From an uncultured Candidatus Saccharibacteria bacterium (GTDB taxonomy: Bacteria > Patescibacteriota > Minisyncoccia > Phycocordibacterales > UBA5272), in the NCBI GenBank assembly GCA_964443675.1, contig CAYUDN010000003.1, positions 1 through 58,447 on the forward strand: a DNA stretch of 58,447 bases, written 5' to 3'. Made by a program: the position numbers and the translations under genes. Below the pieces are notes generated by a model that saw only the letters and a list, made by a program, of their open reading frames with translations, had not been told where the DNA came from and ran no database searches. Within the stretch, counting starts at the first letter, position 1. Every line of letters starts with the position of its first letter. Below are positions 1-7,597 of this stretch, piece by piece.

Positions 1-124
1 CCGAAGCTGTTTCGCTTTCTTCGGGAATGGCTGACGCCAAAGTATCACTACCTGTCGGAGAGAGTGTTATTAAATCTCGTGTTACCATTACGTATACGAT
101 CAAGTAACGTATTGTGTAGGCATA

Positions 125-157
125 AAAACCGCGAACAGTATCTGTTCGCGGTTTTTG
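125..157 (+). terminator. rho-independent terminator of the gene ending left of the window
   Basis: Stem AACCGCGAACAG / CTGTTCGCGGTT with a 3-nt loop, followed by a T-run. Confidence 0.7.
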
Positions 158-226
158 CGTAATAGTAAGCAATAAAGTTGTATATTCAAGGTGTGAGGTA
201 CATGAGGTGCCGTAAAATTTTTCTTG

Positions 227-255
227 TTGACAAAAATTCTTCTTTTTGGTATCAT
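227..255 (+). promoter_or_regulatory. sigma70-like promoter upstream of secE
   Basis: TTGACA (227-232), 17-nt spacer, TATCAT (250-255). Confidence 0.5.
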
Positions 256-334
256 TAACCTATTAAACGCCCGCGGGGTGTTTTTTAGAATAAGGGCAGA
301 AAACCCTTGCGTATACTAAACTATTAGAGCAATT

Positions 335-517
335 ATGAAACTCACACAATATCTCAAAGAAACCAAAAGTGAACTCAAGGAAGTCGTTTTTCCTACTCGT
401 ACCCAGACCATTACTTTCACTATGCTTGTGATTGTCATCTCTGTAGTGGTAGCGGTATCTCTTAGTGGTGTTGACTTTGGACTTCGTTCACTTCTCGAGA
501 AGGTTATTACCCCGTAG
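335..517 (+). CDS. secE: preprotein translocase subunit SecE
   Basis: 60-aa ORF with a single C-terminal TM helix (ITFTMLVIVISVVVAVSL). It sits directly upstream of nusG-rplK, as in the conserved cluster. Confidence 0.8.
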   Translation: MKLTQYLKETKSELKEVVFPTRTQTITFTMLVIVISVVVAVSLSGVDFGLRSLLEKVITP

Positions 518-552
518 GCGAGTATTTAGTAACATTGTAATTATATTTCTTT

Positions 553-1098
553 ATGGCTAAACAAGAATTCACCGGAGAGCGTCATTGGTATGCAATCCAC
601 ACCTATAGTGGCTACGAAAATGCAGTGCTTCGTAATCTAAAGCAACGCATTGAGTCTCTTGGAATGCAGGATAAAATTTTTAACGTGGTTGTTCCTCTTG
701 AGAAAAAGATTAAAGTAAAAGGTACCAAGCGCGTTGAGGTAGAAGAAAAGATCTATCCTGGATATATTCTCGTTGAGATGATAGTAGACGACAATAGTTG
801 GTATGTGGTACGTAATACTCCTCGGGTAACAGGGTTCGTGGGTGCGGGAACTACTCCTGTTCCTCTTTCACAAAAAGAAATTGACTATCTCTTTAGTCGT
901 ATGAATACAGGTGAAGTGGAACATGATATTGAGATAGTAGAAGGGGAGCTTGTGGGTATTACCGATGGTCCTTTTAAAGATTTCGAAGGTAAGGTTTCAG
1001 AGGTTGACAAGGCTCGTGGCAAACTAAAGGTCTTGGTGAACATGTTTGGTCGAGAGACACCGGTAGAACTTGATTTTCTTCAAGTTAAAAAGGTGTAA
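553..1098 (+). CDS. nusG: transcription termination/antitermination factor NusG
   Basis: 181 aa with an NGN-type N-terminus (HWYAIHTYSGYEN) and a C-terminal KOW motif (GPFKDFEGKV...KLKVLV). Confidence 0.95.
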   Translation: MAKQEFTGERHWYAIHTYSGYENAVLRNLKQRIESLGMQDKIFNVVVPLEKKIKVKGTKRVEVEEKIYPGYILVEMIVDDNSWYVVRNTPRVTGFVGAGTTPVPLSQKEIDYLFSRMNTGEVEHDIEIVEGELVGITDGPFKDFEGKVSEVDKARGKLKVLVNMFGRETPVELDFLQVKKV

Positions 1099-1172
1099 AA
1101 AGGTCTCTATTGAAGAGAAAGAAGAAATGTGGTAGGATTATCGGACAACTTATTTAACGCAATATTCTCGTT

Positions 1173-1586
1173 ATGGCAGCTAAAAAAATTACAAAATACG
1201 TAAAAGTACAAATTGAAGCAGGGAAAGCAACCCCTGCACCTCCACTTGGTCCTGCGCTCGGTCAGGCAGGTGTGCAGATCGGTGATTTCGTGAACAAGTT
1301 CAACGCTGCAACCCAAGGAAAGCAGGGTCGTCTTTCAGTAAAAATCTACGTGTACGAAGATCGTACCTACGATTTTGTGATTAAGACTCCTACTGCAACC
1401 TCTCTTGTTATGAAGGGGGCTTCAGTTTCCAAAGGTAACTCAAAGGGTCGTGCTGGAACTATCACTAAGGATAAGATCCGTGAAATCGCAGAGCTTAAGC
1501 TTCCTGATCTTACTGCACACACCGTTGACCAAGCAATGAAGATTATCGAAGGAACTGCAAAATCAGCAGGTATCGCGGTGGTCTAA
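1173..1586 (+). CDS. rplK: 50S ribosomal protein L11
   Basis: 137 aa with the canonical L11 N-terminus (KVQIEAGKATPAPPLGPALGQAGV). Confidence 0.95.
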   Translation: MAAKKITKYVKVQIEAGKATPAPPLGPALGQAGVQIGDFVNKFNAATQGKQGRLSVKIYVYEDRTYDFVIKTPTATSLVMKGASVSKGNSKGRAGTITKDKIREIAELKLPDLTAHTVDQAMKIIEGTAKSAGIAVV

Positions 1587-1610
1587 TGTAGAGCACATTT
1601 TTTAAAAACA

Positions 1611-1637
1611 AAAAAACCGCTGCTTGCGGTTTTTTGT
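1611..1637 (+). terminator. rho-independent terminator after rplK
   Basis: AAACCGC-TGCTT-GCGGTTT hairpin followed by a T-run. Confidence 0.7.
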
Positions 1638-1696
1638 TTTGTCCGGTAGTATTGTTAATAGCCCAGAAATGGTGTTATATCATCAGGAGATATTAC

Positions 1697-2269
1697 ATGA
1701 GTATCAAAAGCGATAATTGGATCAGGCGTATGGCTACCAATCATGGCATGATCGAACCTTTTGAACCAGGTCAAGTTCGTTTTTCACAAGAAAATGGGGG
1801 AAAGATCATAAGTTACGGTACCTCTAGTTATGGGTATGATGTTCGTTGTGCTCGTGAATTTAAGGTATTTACTAACGTGTATTCTGCGGTTGTTGACCCG
1901 AAGAGTTTTGATGCAAAGAGTTTTGTGGACATCGAAAGTGATGTGTGTGTAATTCCGCCAAACAGCTTTGCTCTTGCTAGAACAGTTGAATATTTTCGCA
2001 TTCCAAGAAATGTTCTCACTGTCTGTCTTGGAAAGAGCACATATGCACGTTGCGGGATTATTGTTAACGTTACTCCCTTCGAGCCAGAATGGGAAGGGTA
2101 TGTGACTTTGGAGTTCTCAAATACGACACCTTTACCTGCAAAGATTTATGCGGGTGAAGGGTGTGCACAAGTGCTCTTTTTTGAATCCGATGAGATATGT
2201 GGGACAAGTTATAAAGATCGTGGTGGTAAATATCAAGGTCAAACAGGTGTCACATTACCAAAAGCTTAA
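1697..2269 (+). CDS. dcd: dCTP deaminase
   Basis: ORF 1634..2269, with the start moved to ATG 1697 behind CAGGAG. Dcd-like sequence ([11 protein letters not shown]...GMIEPF...SSYGYDVR...[10 protein letters not shown]...[10 protein letters not shown]). Confidence 0.85.
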   Translation: MSIKSDNWIRRMATNHGMIEPFEPGQVRFSQENGGKIISYGTSSYGYDVRCAREFKVFTNVYSAVVDPKSFDAKSFVDIESDVCVIPPNSFALARTVEYFRIPRNVLTVCLGKSTYARCGIIVNVTPFEPEWEGYVTLEFSNTTPLPAKIYAGEGCAQVLFFESDEICGTSYKDRGGKYQGQTGVTLPKA

Positions 2270-2329
2270 GCTGTTTCTGTGAAGCGACTCCGCACCGGTG
2301 TCGCTTTTCTTTTGGTATACTACGAAGAT

Positions 2330-2749
2330 ATGAAGCTATAAGTTAAAAAACTTTATGAAGATGCCGTAACTCCTTTTCGTGCACACAAGGACGATGCGGG
2401 GGTTGATTTTTTTAGTTACGGAGTACACACGGTGCCGTTTCATGAGACGGTGATACTTCCAACAGGTGTTGCATGTGCAATAGAAGAAGGATGTGTTGGG
2501 CTTATTTGGGACAAGTCATCGGTTGGTGCAAAAGGAATCAAGACATTAGGTGGTGTGATTGATGCAGGGTATCGTGGGGAAATAAAAATAATTGTACACA
2601 ATCTCTCTAATGCTTCGATTACTTTTGAACATGGACAAAAAGTAGCACAAATGCTTATTCAAAAAGTCGAACTTCCTGAAGTGGAAGAGATGGCAGAACT
2701 CGAAAGCTCTCCACGAGGTGAAGGAGGGTTTGGAAGTACAGGGAAATGA
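2330..2749 (+). pseudogene. dut: dUTP diphosphatase with an in-frame TAA at codon 4 (ATG AAG CTA TAA GTT...)
   Basis: The ORF track starts at GTG 2432, but the frame upstream (2342..2431) encodes the conserved dUTPase N-terminus VKKLYEDAVTPFRAHKDDAGVDFFS. ATG 2330 is in frame and separated from it by TAA 2339-2341. C-terminal motifs GGVIDAGYRGE and RGEGGFGSTG are present. Confidence 0.7.
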
Positions 2750-2790
2750 AAAGTGCGCACCACAGGAGTGGTGCGCACTGAACTTTTTAA
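2750..2790. terminator. bidirectional terminator between convergent dut and thyA
   Basis: Perfect 12-bp stem AGTGCGCACCAC / GTGGTGCGCACT (2752-2779) with an AGGA loop, flanked by A- and T-runs. Confidence 0.75.
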
Positions 2791-3710
2791 AGCAAGCACG
2801 CTTCAATCTTGCCAAGATGGCGATAATTATCGAGCCTGAAGCTTTCCATGGTGAATCCATCAATATCGGTGACTGCAGGGTCAATCCATAAAGAGGGAGG
2901 CTCTGATGGTTTTCTTTGTAGCTGCTCTTCCACTTGTTGGAGGTGTCCTTTAGTCGCATCAATCTCTCCACTTGGAGTAATACTAGCGACGTAGATGTGG
3001 CAATCTTCAAGGGTAATGATGAGTTCACCAGGAATCATGTCCACACATTGTGCAACCATGTGAAGCAAGAGTGCATAGGATGCAATATTGAAAGGCACCC
3101 CCAGGAACATGTCACATGAACGTTGATCCATGGAAAGGTCGAGATATTTCTTCCCGTTACCACTTCGTACGAAGAACTGCATCTTCATATGACACGGAGG
3201 CAGGCACATATCGTTAAGCTCGCCTGGATTCCAGGCGATAACGATGTGGTACCTCGAGTACGGGTCTTCGCGCAGCTGGTTGATCACTTTTGCGATCTGA
3301 TCAACGGATGTTCCGTCATTCTTTTTCCAGTCACGCCACTGTGCTCCGTAGATACGACCACAGTCGCCAAGGGACAATGCTTTACCTTCTCGTGCAAAAC
3401 GCGCCTGATCGTTCGTCCAGATATTTTTTTCGTTATCTGGTTTGCCGATAAATCGATTGAGTGTGACTATGTTCAGACGATTTCCTGTTTCTTTGCCGGC
3501 ATCAAGGAACCAAAGTAGTTCGGCGGCAACTACACGGAAAGCGAGAAACTTCGTGGTAATCGCAGGGAATCCTTCTTGTAGGTTAAATCGCATCTGATGT
3601 GCAAAGATTGCTTTTGTGACACCATTTCTTGTGGAGCGCACGTCACCAGAAGAAAGTGTTCGACGAAGTGCGTCAAGGTACTGTTGTTCGTTACGGTTAA
3701 CGGTGTTCAT
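2787..3710 (-). CDS. thyA: thymidylate synthase (ThyA type)
   Basis: ORF 2787..3785, with the start moved to ATG 3710 behind AGGAG. ThyA motifs RTLSSGDVRSTRNG, AELLWFL, IYGAQWR, LPPCH, DMFLGVPFNIASYALL. Confidence 0.9.
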   Translation of the reverse strand: MNTVNRNEQQYLDALRRTLSSGDVRSTRNGVTKAIFAHQMRFNLQEGFPAITTKFLAFRVVAAELLWFLDAGKETGNRLNIVTLNRFIGKPDNEKNIWTNDQARFAREGKALSLGDCGRIYGAQWRDWKKNDGTSVDQIAKVINQLREDPYSRYHIVIAWNPGELNDMCLPPCHMKMQFFVRSGNGKKYLDLSMDQRSCDMFLGVPFNIASYALLLHMVAQCVDMIPGELIITLEDCHIYVASITPSGEIDATKGHLQQVEEQLQRKPSEPPSLWIDPAVTDIDGFTMESFRLDNYRHLGKIEACLL

Positions 3711-3865
3711 TTCATCTCCTAAGAGGTGAGGTTGATCTATAAGTAACTGTACTTGATATAGTTCTTTTGCACAATATTTACGCATCTCTTTTTTTGTTGG
3801 TTTGTGCGATGCTTATATTTTGTGTATCCTTACAACAGGTTAACAATATTTTCCGAGGAACATAT

Positions 3866-4522
3866 ATGTCAAAAGCACCTTTTATCGTGTTCGAAGGAAT
3901 TGATGGTTGTGGTAAAACCTCTGTTATCGCTGCTATTAAGAGAAGATATCCTTTTTTGTTTTGTACCAGAGAACCGGGTGGAACTTTTGTGGCGGAGCAG
4001 ATAAGAAGCCTTCTCCTTTCGCCAAAAGGAGCGTTGCTTTCACCACAAGAACAAATGACACTCTTTTTTGCCGCAAGACAAATACACCTCCATGAGGTAA
4101 TTGAATCGAAGCGGCAAGAAGGGGTTCCGGTCGTAAGCGATCGTTTCGATGGGAGTACTTTTGCCTTCCAGAAGTGTGTCGAAAGAGATGGATCAGGTAA
4201 CCATGAACTCATAGAATTTTTTATGAGTTTGCGAAACAATGTGGTTGCTGGCAAAGAACCATCGCTCTATATCTATCTTCAAGTAGACCCAGGAGTTGGT
4301 GCGCGCCGTCGCTCTACTGCTTCTGGTCAAGACGCTAACCATTTCGATAACGCGCAACTTGAAGAACAGGAAAGAAGAAGTGTTGCCTACGATGCATTCC
4401 TTGGAATGGTTCGTTTAAGCGGAGTATCTCGTGTTGAGGTGGTAGATGCGAATCAGCCTCTTGACCAAGTGATACAAGAATGTCTTTTTTTGATCGCAAA
4501 AGAACTTGGAACAGCTGCCTAG
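3866..4522 (+). CDS. tmk: thymidylate kinase
   Basis: Start at ATG 3866 (MSKAPFIVFEGIDGCGKTS P-loop), followed by REPGGT and DRF motifs. Confidence 0.9.
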   Translation: MSKAPFIVFEGIDGCGKTSVIAAIKRRYPFLFCTREPGGTFVAEQIRSLLLSPKGALLSPQEQMTLFFAARQIHLHEVIESKRQEGVPVVSDRFDGSTFAFQKCVERDGSGNHELIEFFMSLRNNVVAGKEPSLYIYLQVDPGVGARRRSTASGQDANHFDNAQLEEQERRSVAYDAFLGMVRLSGVSRVEVVDANQPLDQVIQECLFLIAKELGTAA

Positions 4523-4598
4523 GCAGCTTTTTTTGTTTGTGTTCTTGTATAGAATGCGGTACTATGTGCTCGGTTCTTGTTCTTATGAGAGGTTTATC

Positions 4599-5174
4599 AT
4601 GGACAGAAAAAATCTTGCAGTGATTGCTGCAATTTCTCAGGATGGTGTTTTTGCTCGAAACGGCACTCTTCCATGGGATTCAAAAAAAGATTTGCTTCAC
4701 TTCAGAGAGCTTACTCTTGGATGCTCTCTCGTTATGGGGAGGGGGACATGGGATTCTTTGCCGGACGCAAACAAACCTCTTCCGGGGAGAGAAAACATTG
4801 TTCTCTCAAGGTCCTTAGAAGGTCTTTCTTCTGATGTGAAAGTCGTCGCCACTCTTGGAGAAGCAATTGAGGTGGCAACTTGTCAAAAGATATTTTTTAT
4901 TGGTGGGCACGATGTTTGGTTCGAAGCTCTCCAGAAGTTCCCTGTTGATAATGTGTATCTGAGTACTATTGTTTCTTATGATAAAGAAACAGGGGCACAG
5001 GTTGTCTTATTTCCAGAACCTGGTGGGTCTATATACTTAGCACTTTTTCTCTCATCATTCGCTTCCATATTTCCTAAGTTTTCTCTTGTGTCAGAGAGGA
5101 TAGAAAGCGATGTGGATAGAAGAACCGGTTCACCTCTTTCGATTACTTTTTCACATTGGGGAAGGGTTGGGTAA
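4599..5174 (+). CDS. folA: dihydrofolate reductase
   Basis: Start at ATG 4599. DHFR-like sequence (LAVIAAISQDGVFARNGTLPW, LVMGRGTWDSLP, PLPGRENIVLSR). Confidence 0.8.
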   Translation: MDRKNLAVIAAISQDGVFARNGTLPWDSKKDLLHFRELTLGCSLVMGRGTWDSLPDANKPLPGRENIVLSRSLEGLSSDVKVVATLGEAIEVATCQKIFFIGGHDVWFEALQKFPVDNVYLSTIVSYDKETGAQVVLFPEPGGSIYLALFLSSFASIFPKFSLVSERIESDVDRRTGSPLSITFSHWGRVG

Positions 5175-5260
5175 ATGCTTGTAGTTGAGCCGATCATGCG
5201 TATGTGCATGATCGGCTTTCTGCTCTTACATTACGAGCAGAAATAGGGTAGTATAGAGAA

Positions 5261-6955
5261 ATGAATTCATACGATTATATTGTAAAGGTGCTCAATGATC
5301 ATTATGGTGCTTTTGTTACTTGTACGCTTTCACACAATGAAGAAAGTGTATTCGGTGACTATGCGACGAATGTTGCCTTTGCTCTTGCAAAGCATAGAGG
5401 TGTTTCATCAAAGGAGTGTGCTACTCAGATTGTGCAGGAACTAGGTGATGCTCTTTGTGAGTATGTAGAGAAGATAGAAGTTGCAGGTCCAGGGTTCGTT
5501 AATTTCTTCTTGAAGGATGACATACGAACAGAAGAGATAGAGGTATTCGCAAATGAAGTAATGTTTACTTCTCCCCAAGAAGGGAGGGTTATAGTTGAGT
5601 ACACCGATCCTAATCCTTTCAAACTTTTTCACATTGGACACTTGGTTCCTAATACAATTGGAGAAGCGATCGCTCGACTTCTCGAAGCAACAGGTAACAC
5701 AGTGACACGTATTTGCTATCAAGGAGATGTGGGGATACATGTAGCGAAGACGTTGTATGCGATGGTGCAAAATTTTGAACCTCTTCCCGAAGAATCCTCC
5801 TCGCTTCGCAAGAAGGTTGCTTACCTTGGTCGTGCCTATGCCTACGGTAACACTCTCTACGAAGAAGAAGTACATAAAGATGCTATTGTGGCGACCAACA
5901 AAGCAATCTTCGTTAGGAGTGATGAGCAATTAAACACCTTCTATGATCTTGGAAAAAAGTGGAGCCTGGAATACTTTGAAACAGTGTATAAAAAGTTGGG
6001 GACTTCATTTGATTACTACATTTTTGAAAGTGAAGTTGGGGAGAGTGGTAAAGCTATTGTTACGAAGCACTTAGGAACGGTCTTTGAGGAATCAGACGGT
6101 GCACTTGTGTATAAAGGAGAGAGGGTTGGGCTTCATACTCGTGTCTTCGTGAACAAAGAGGGTTTGCCAACATATGAAGCAAAAGAACTTGGTAACACCT
6201 ACAAAAAAGAAGCACTCGTTCCCCAATCTCTTGCGTCTTTTGTAGTAACCGCAAACGAGATTGATGAGTATTTTAAAGTAATCAAAGCAGTACTTCATGA
6301 AATCGACGCTCCTCTTGCAGATCGATTGGTGCACATCTCTCACGGCTTTCTTCGCCTCCCAGAAGGCAAAATGTCATCACGTACCGGTAACATTATTCCA
6401 GCAGAAGAGTTGATTGATATGGTGAAAGAAAAACTGCAAGATCGAGTCAGTAGTATGAAGGTTCAAGAAGAAGACAAAGCAACTCTTCTTAATGACGTTG
6501 CGGTAGGGGCGATCAAGTTCTCAATTCTTAAAAGTGCCCCAGGAAAAGATATGGTTTTTGATTTTGATAAGTCACTTTCTTTTGAAGGGGATTCCGGTCC
6601 TTATCTTCAGTATACTCATGCGAGACTTTGTGCACTTCTTGATAAAGCGGAAGGGTTAGGTATCACCGGTGTCGATGGATATGTGGTAGAGCACCCAGAG
6701 CGATCCCTTGAGGCGATACTTGCAAAGTATCCCTACATTATCACGAAGGCACACACAGAAGTAGGTCCTCACCATGTCGTGCAATATCTTCTTCAAATGA
6801 CGAGGCTTTTTAACAATCTGTACAGTCGTGTACAGATAGTTGATGAATCGCATCGTGATGAGAGTAAGTACTATGTGCTACTTGCTCTAGTAACTAGAAA
6901 TATTCTTGCCCACGGACTTCGTGTGCTTGGGATTGTGGCGCCGAAGAGAATGTAG
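5261..6955 (+). CDS. argS: arginine--tRNA ligase
   Basis: 564 aa with a class I HIGH region (FHIGHLVPN), the ArgRS-typical C-terminal anticodon-binding domain, and a final Met. Confidence 0.9.
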   Translation: MNSYDYIVKVLNDHYGAFVTCTLSHNEESVFGDYATNVAFALAKHRGVSSKECATQIVQELGDALCEYVEKIEVAGPGFVNFFLKDDIRTEEIEVFANEVMFTSPQEGRVIVEYTDPNPFKLFHIGHLVPNTIGEAIARLLEATGNTVTRICYQGDVGIHVAKTLYAMVQNFEPLPEESSSLRKKVAYLGRAYAYGNTLYEEEVHKDAIVATNKAIFVRSDEQLNTFYDLGKKWSLEYFETVYKKLGTSFDYYIFESEVGESGKAIVTKHLGTVFEESDGALVYKGERVGLHTRVFVNKEGLPTYEAKELGNTYKKEALVPQSLASFVVTANEIDEYFKVIKAVLHEIDAPLADRLVHISHGFLRLPEGKMSSRTGNIIPAEELIDMVKEKLQDRVSSMKVQEEDKATLLNDVAVGAIKFSILKSAPGKDMVFDFDKSLSFEGDSGPYLQYTHARLCALLDKAEGLGITGVDGYVVEHPERSLEAILAKYPYIITKAHTEVGPHHVVQYLLQMTRLFNNLYSRVQIVDESHRDESKYYVLLALVTRNILAHGLRVLGIVAPKRM

Positions 6956-7044
6956 CTTTGGCAGTTTTTTATAATGTGTCAACTCGTTTTTTGTTCTTAG
7001 AACAGGTATCCTGGAGGAGTACCTGTTCTTTACTTTAAGGAGAC

Positions 7045-7320
7045 ATGTCTATGGATTATTCAAGAATTGATTCCGACGACAAGGATCTTAGCGAAGCAAA
7101 AGTTCTTATTCTTGACCTTGTTCGTACAAGTCCTGTAACCGTGTGTGATGCAAGAAATTATTTGTGTAAAAGAACTTCTTTGGTGGTACGGTTACCAGAT
7201 GCACTTCGTGAACGAATTATGCATGAAGCAATCACTTCTTTGGTTAAGGAAGGGAAGCTTGCCGCAAGTGGAAGTTCTTTCATTAACCAAACAGTGCTTT
7301 CGTTCCCTGTTGTGGCATAA
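7045..7320 (+). CDS. hypothetical protein (91 aa)
   Basis: ORF with a good AAGGAG 6 nt upstream of the ATG. No recognisable family. Confidence 0.5.
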   Translation: MSMDYSRIDSDDKDLSEAKVLILDLVRTSPVTVCDARNYLCKRTSLVVRLPDALRERIMHEAITSLVKEGKLAASGSSFINQTVLSFPVVA

Positions 7321-7356
7321 GGTTGCATTCTTTTACTATTCTGGTACTATGAGTGT

Positions 7357-7540
7357 TATAGAAAGTGCGATGAAGGAACTAATCACTCCGGAGCATGGGA
7401 AGAACACTTGTCTCACGTAGGTGCAAGTAAGTAGAACCCATAATAACGAGGCACAAGCTTGTGCGAATCTAAGGTGGTACCACGACAAAGATCGTCCTTA
7501 GAAAATCAGCGATGATTTTCTTTAGGGCGATTTTTCTTTT
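7357..7540 (+). promoter_or_regulatory. T-box leader (Ile specifier) upstream of ileS
   Basis: T-box sequence AAGGTGGTACCACG (7471-7484). Stem I elements are present (GA/K-turn-like AGTGCGATGAAGG; distal GGTGCAAG). The candidate specifier is ATC followed by A (7382-7385). A terminator-like helix AGATCGTCCTTA...TTTAGGGCGATTT is followed by a T-run (7531-7540). Promoter: TTGCAT 7323-7328, 16 nt, TACTAT 7345-7350. Confidence 0.75.
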
Positions 7541-7597
7541 ATTACGTATCTACAATGACCGTCATTGTATCTTGCTTCACTACTATACTTATCTTCT

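Noticed and set aside
1-168. Possible 3' end of a CDS entering from the left. Frame 3 ends at TAA 105-107 (...VTITYTIK*); frame 1 stays open to 168.
   Set aside because: The fragment is too short and two frames remain open. The product cannot be identified, so it is not reported as a feature.
2546-3518. ORFs 2546..3028(-), 2934..3119(+) and 3123..3518(+) overlapping dut and thyA.
   Set aside because: They are antisense or out-of-frame shadows of well-supported thyA and dut coding sequence, and their products show no family resemblance.
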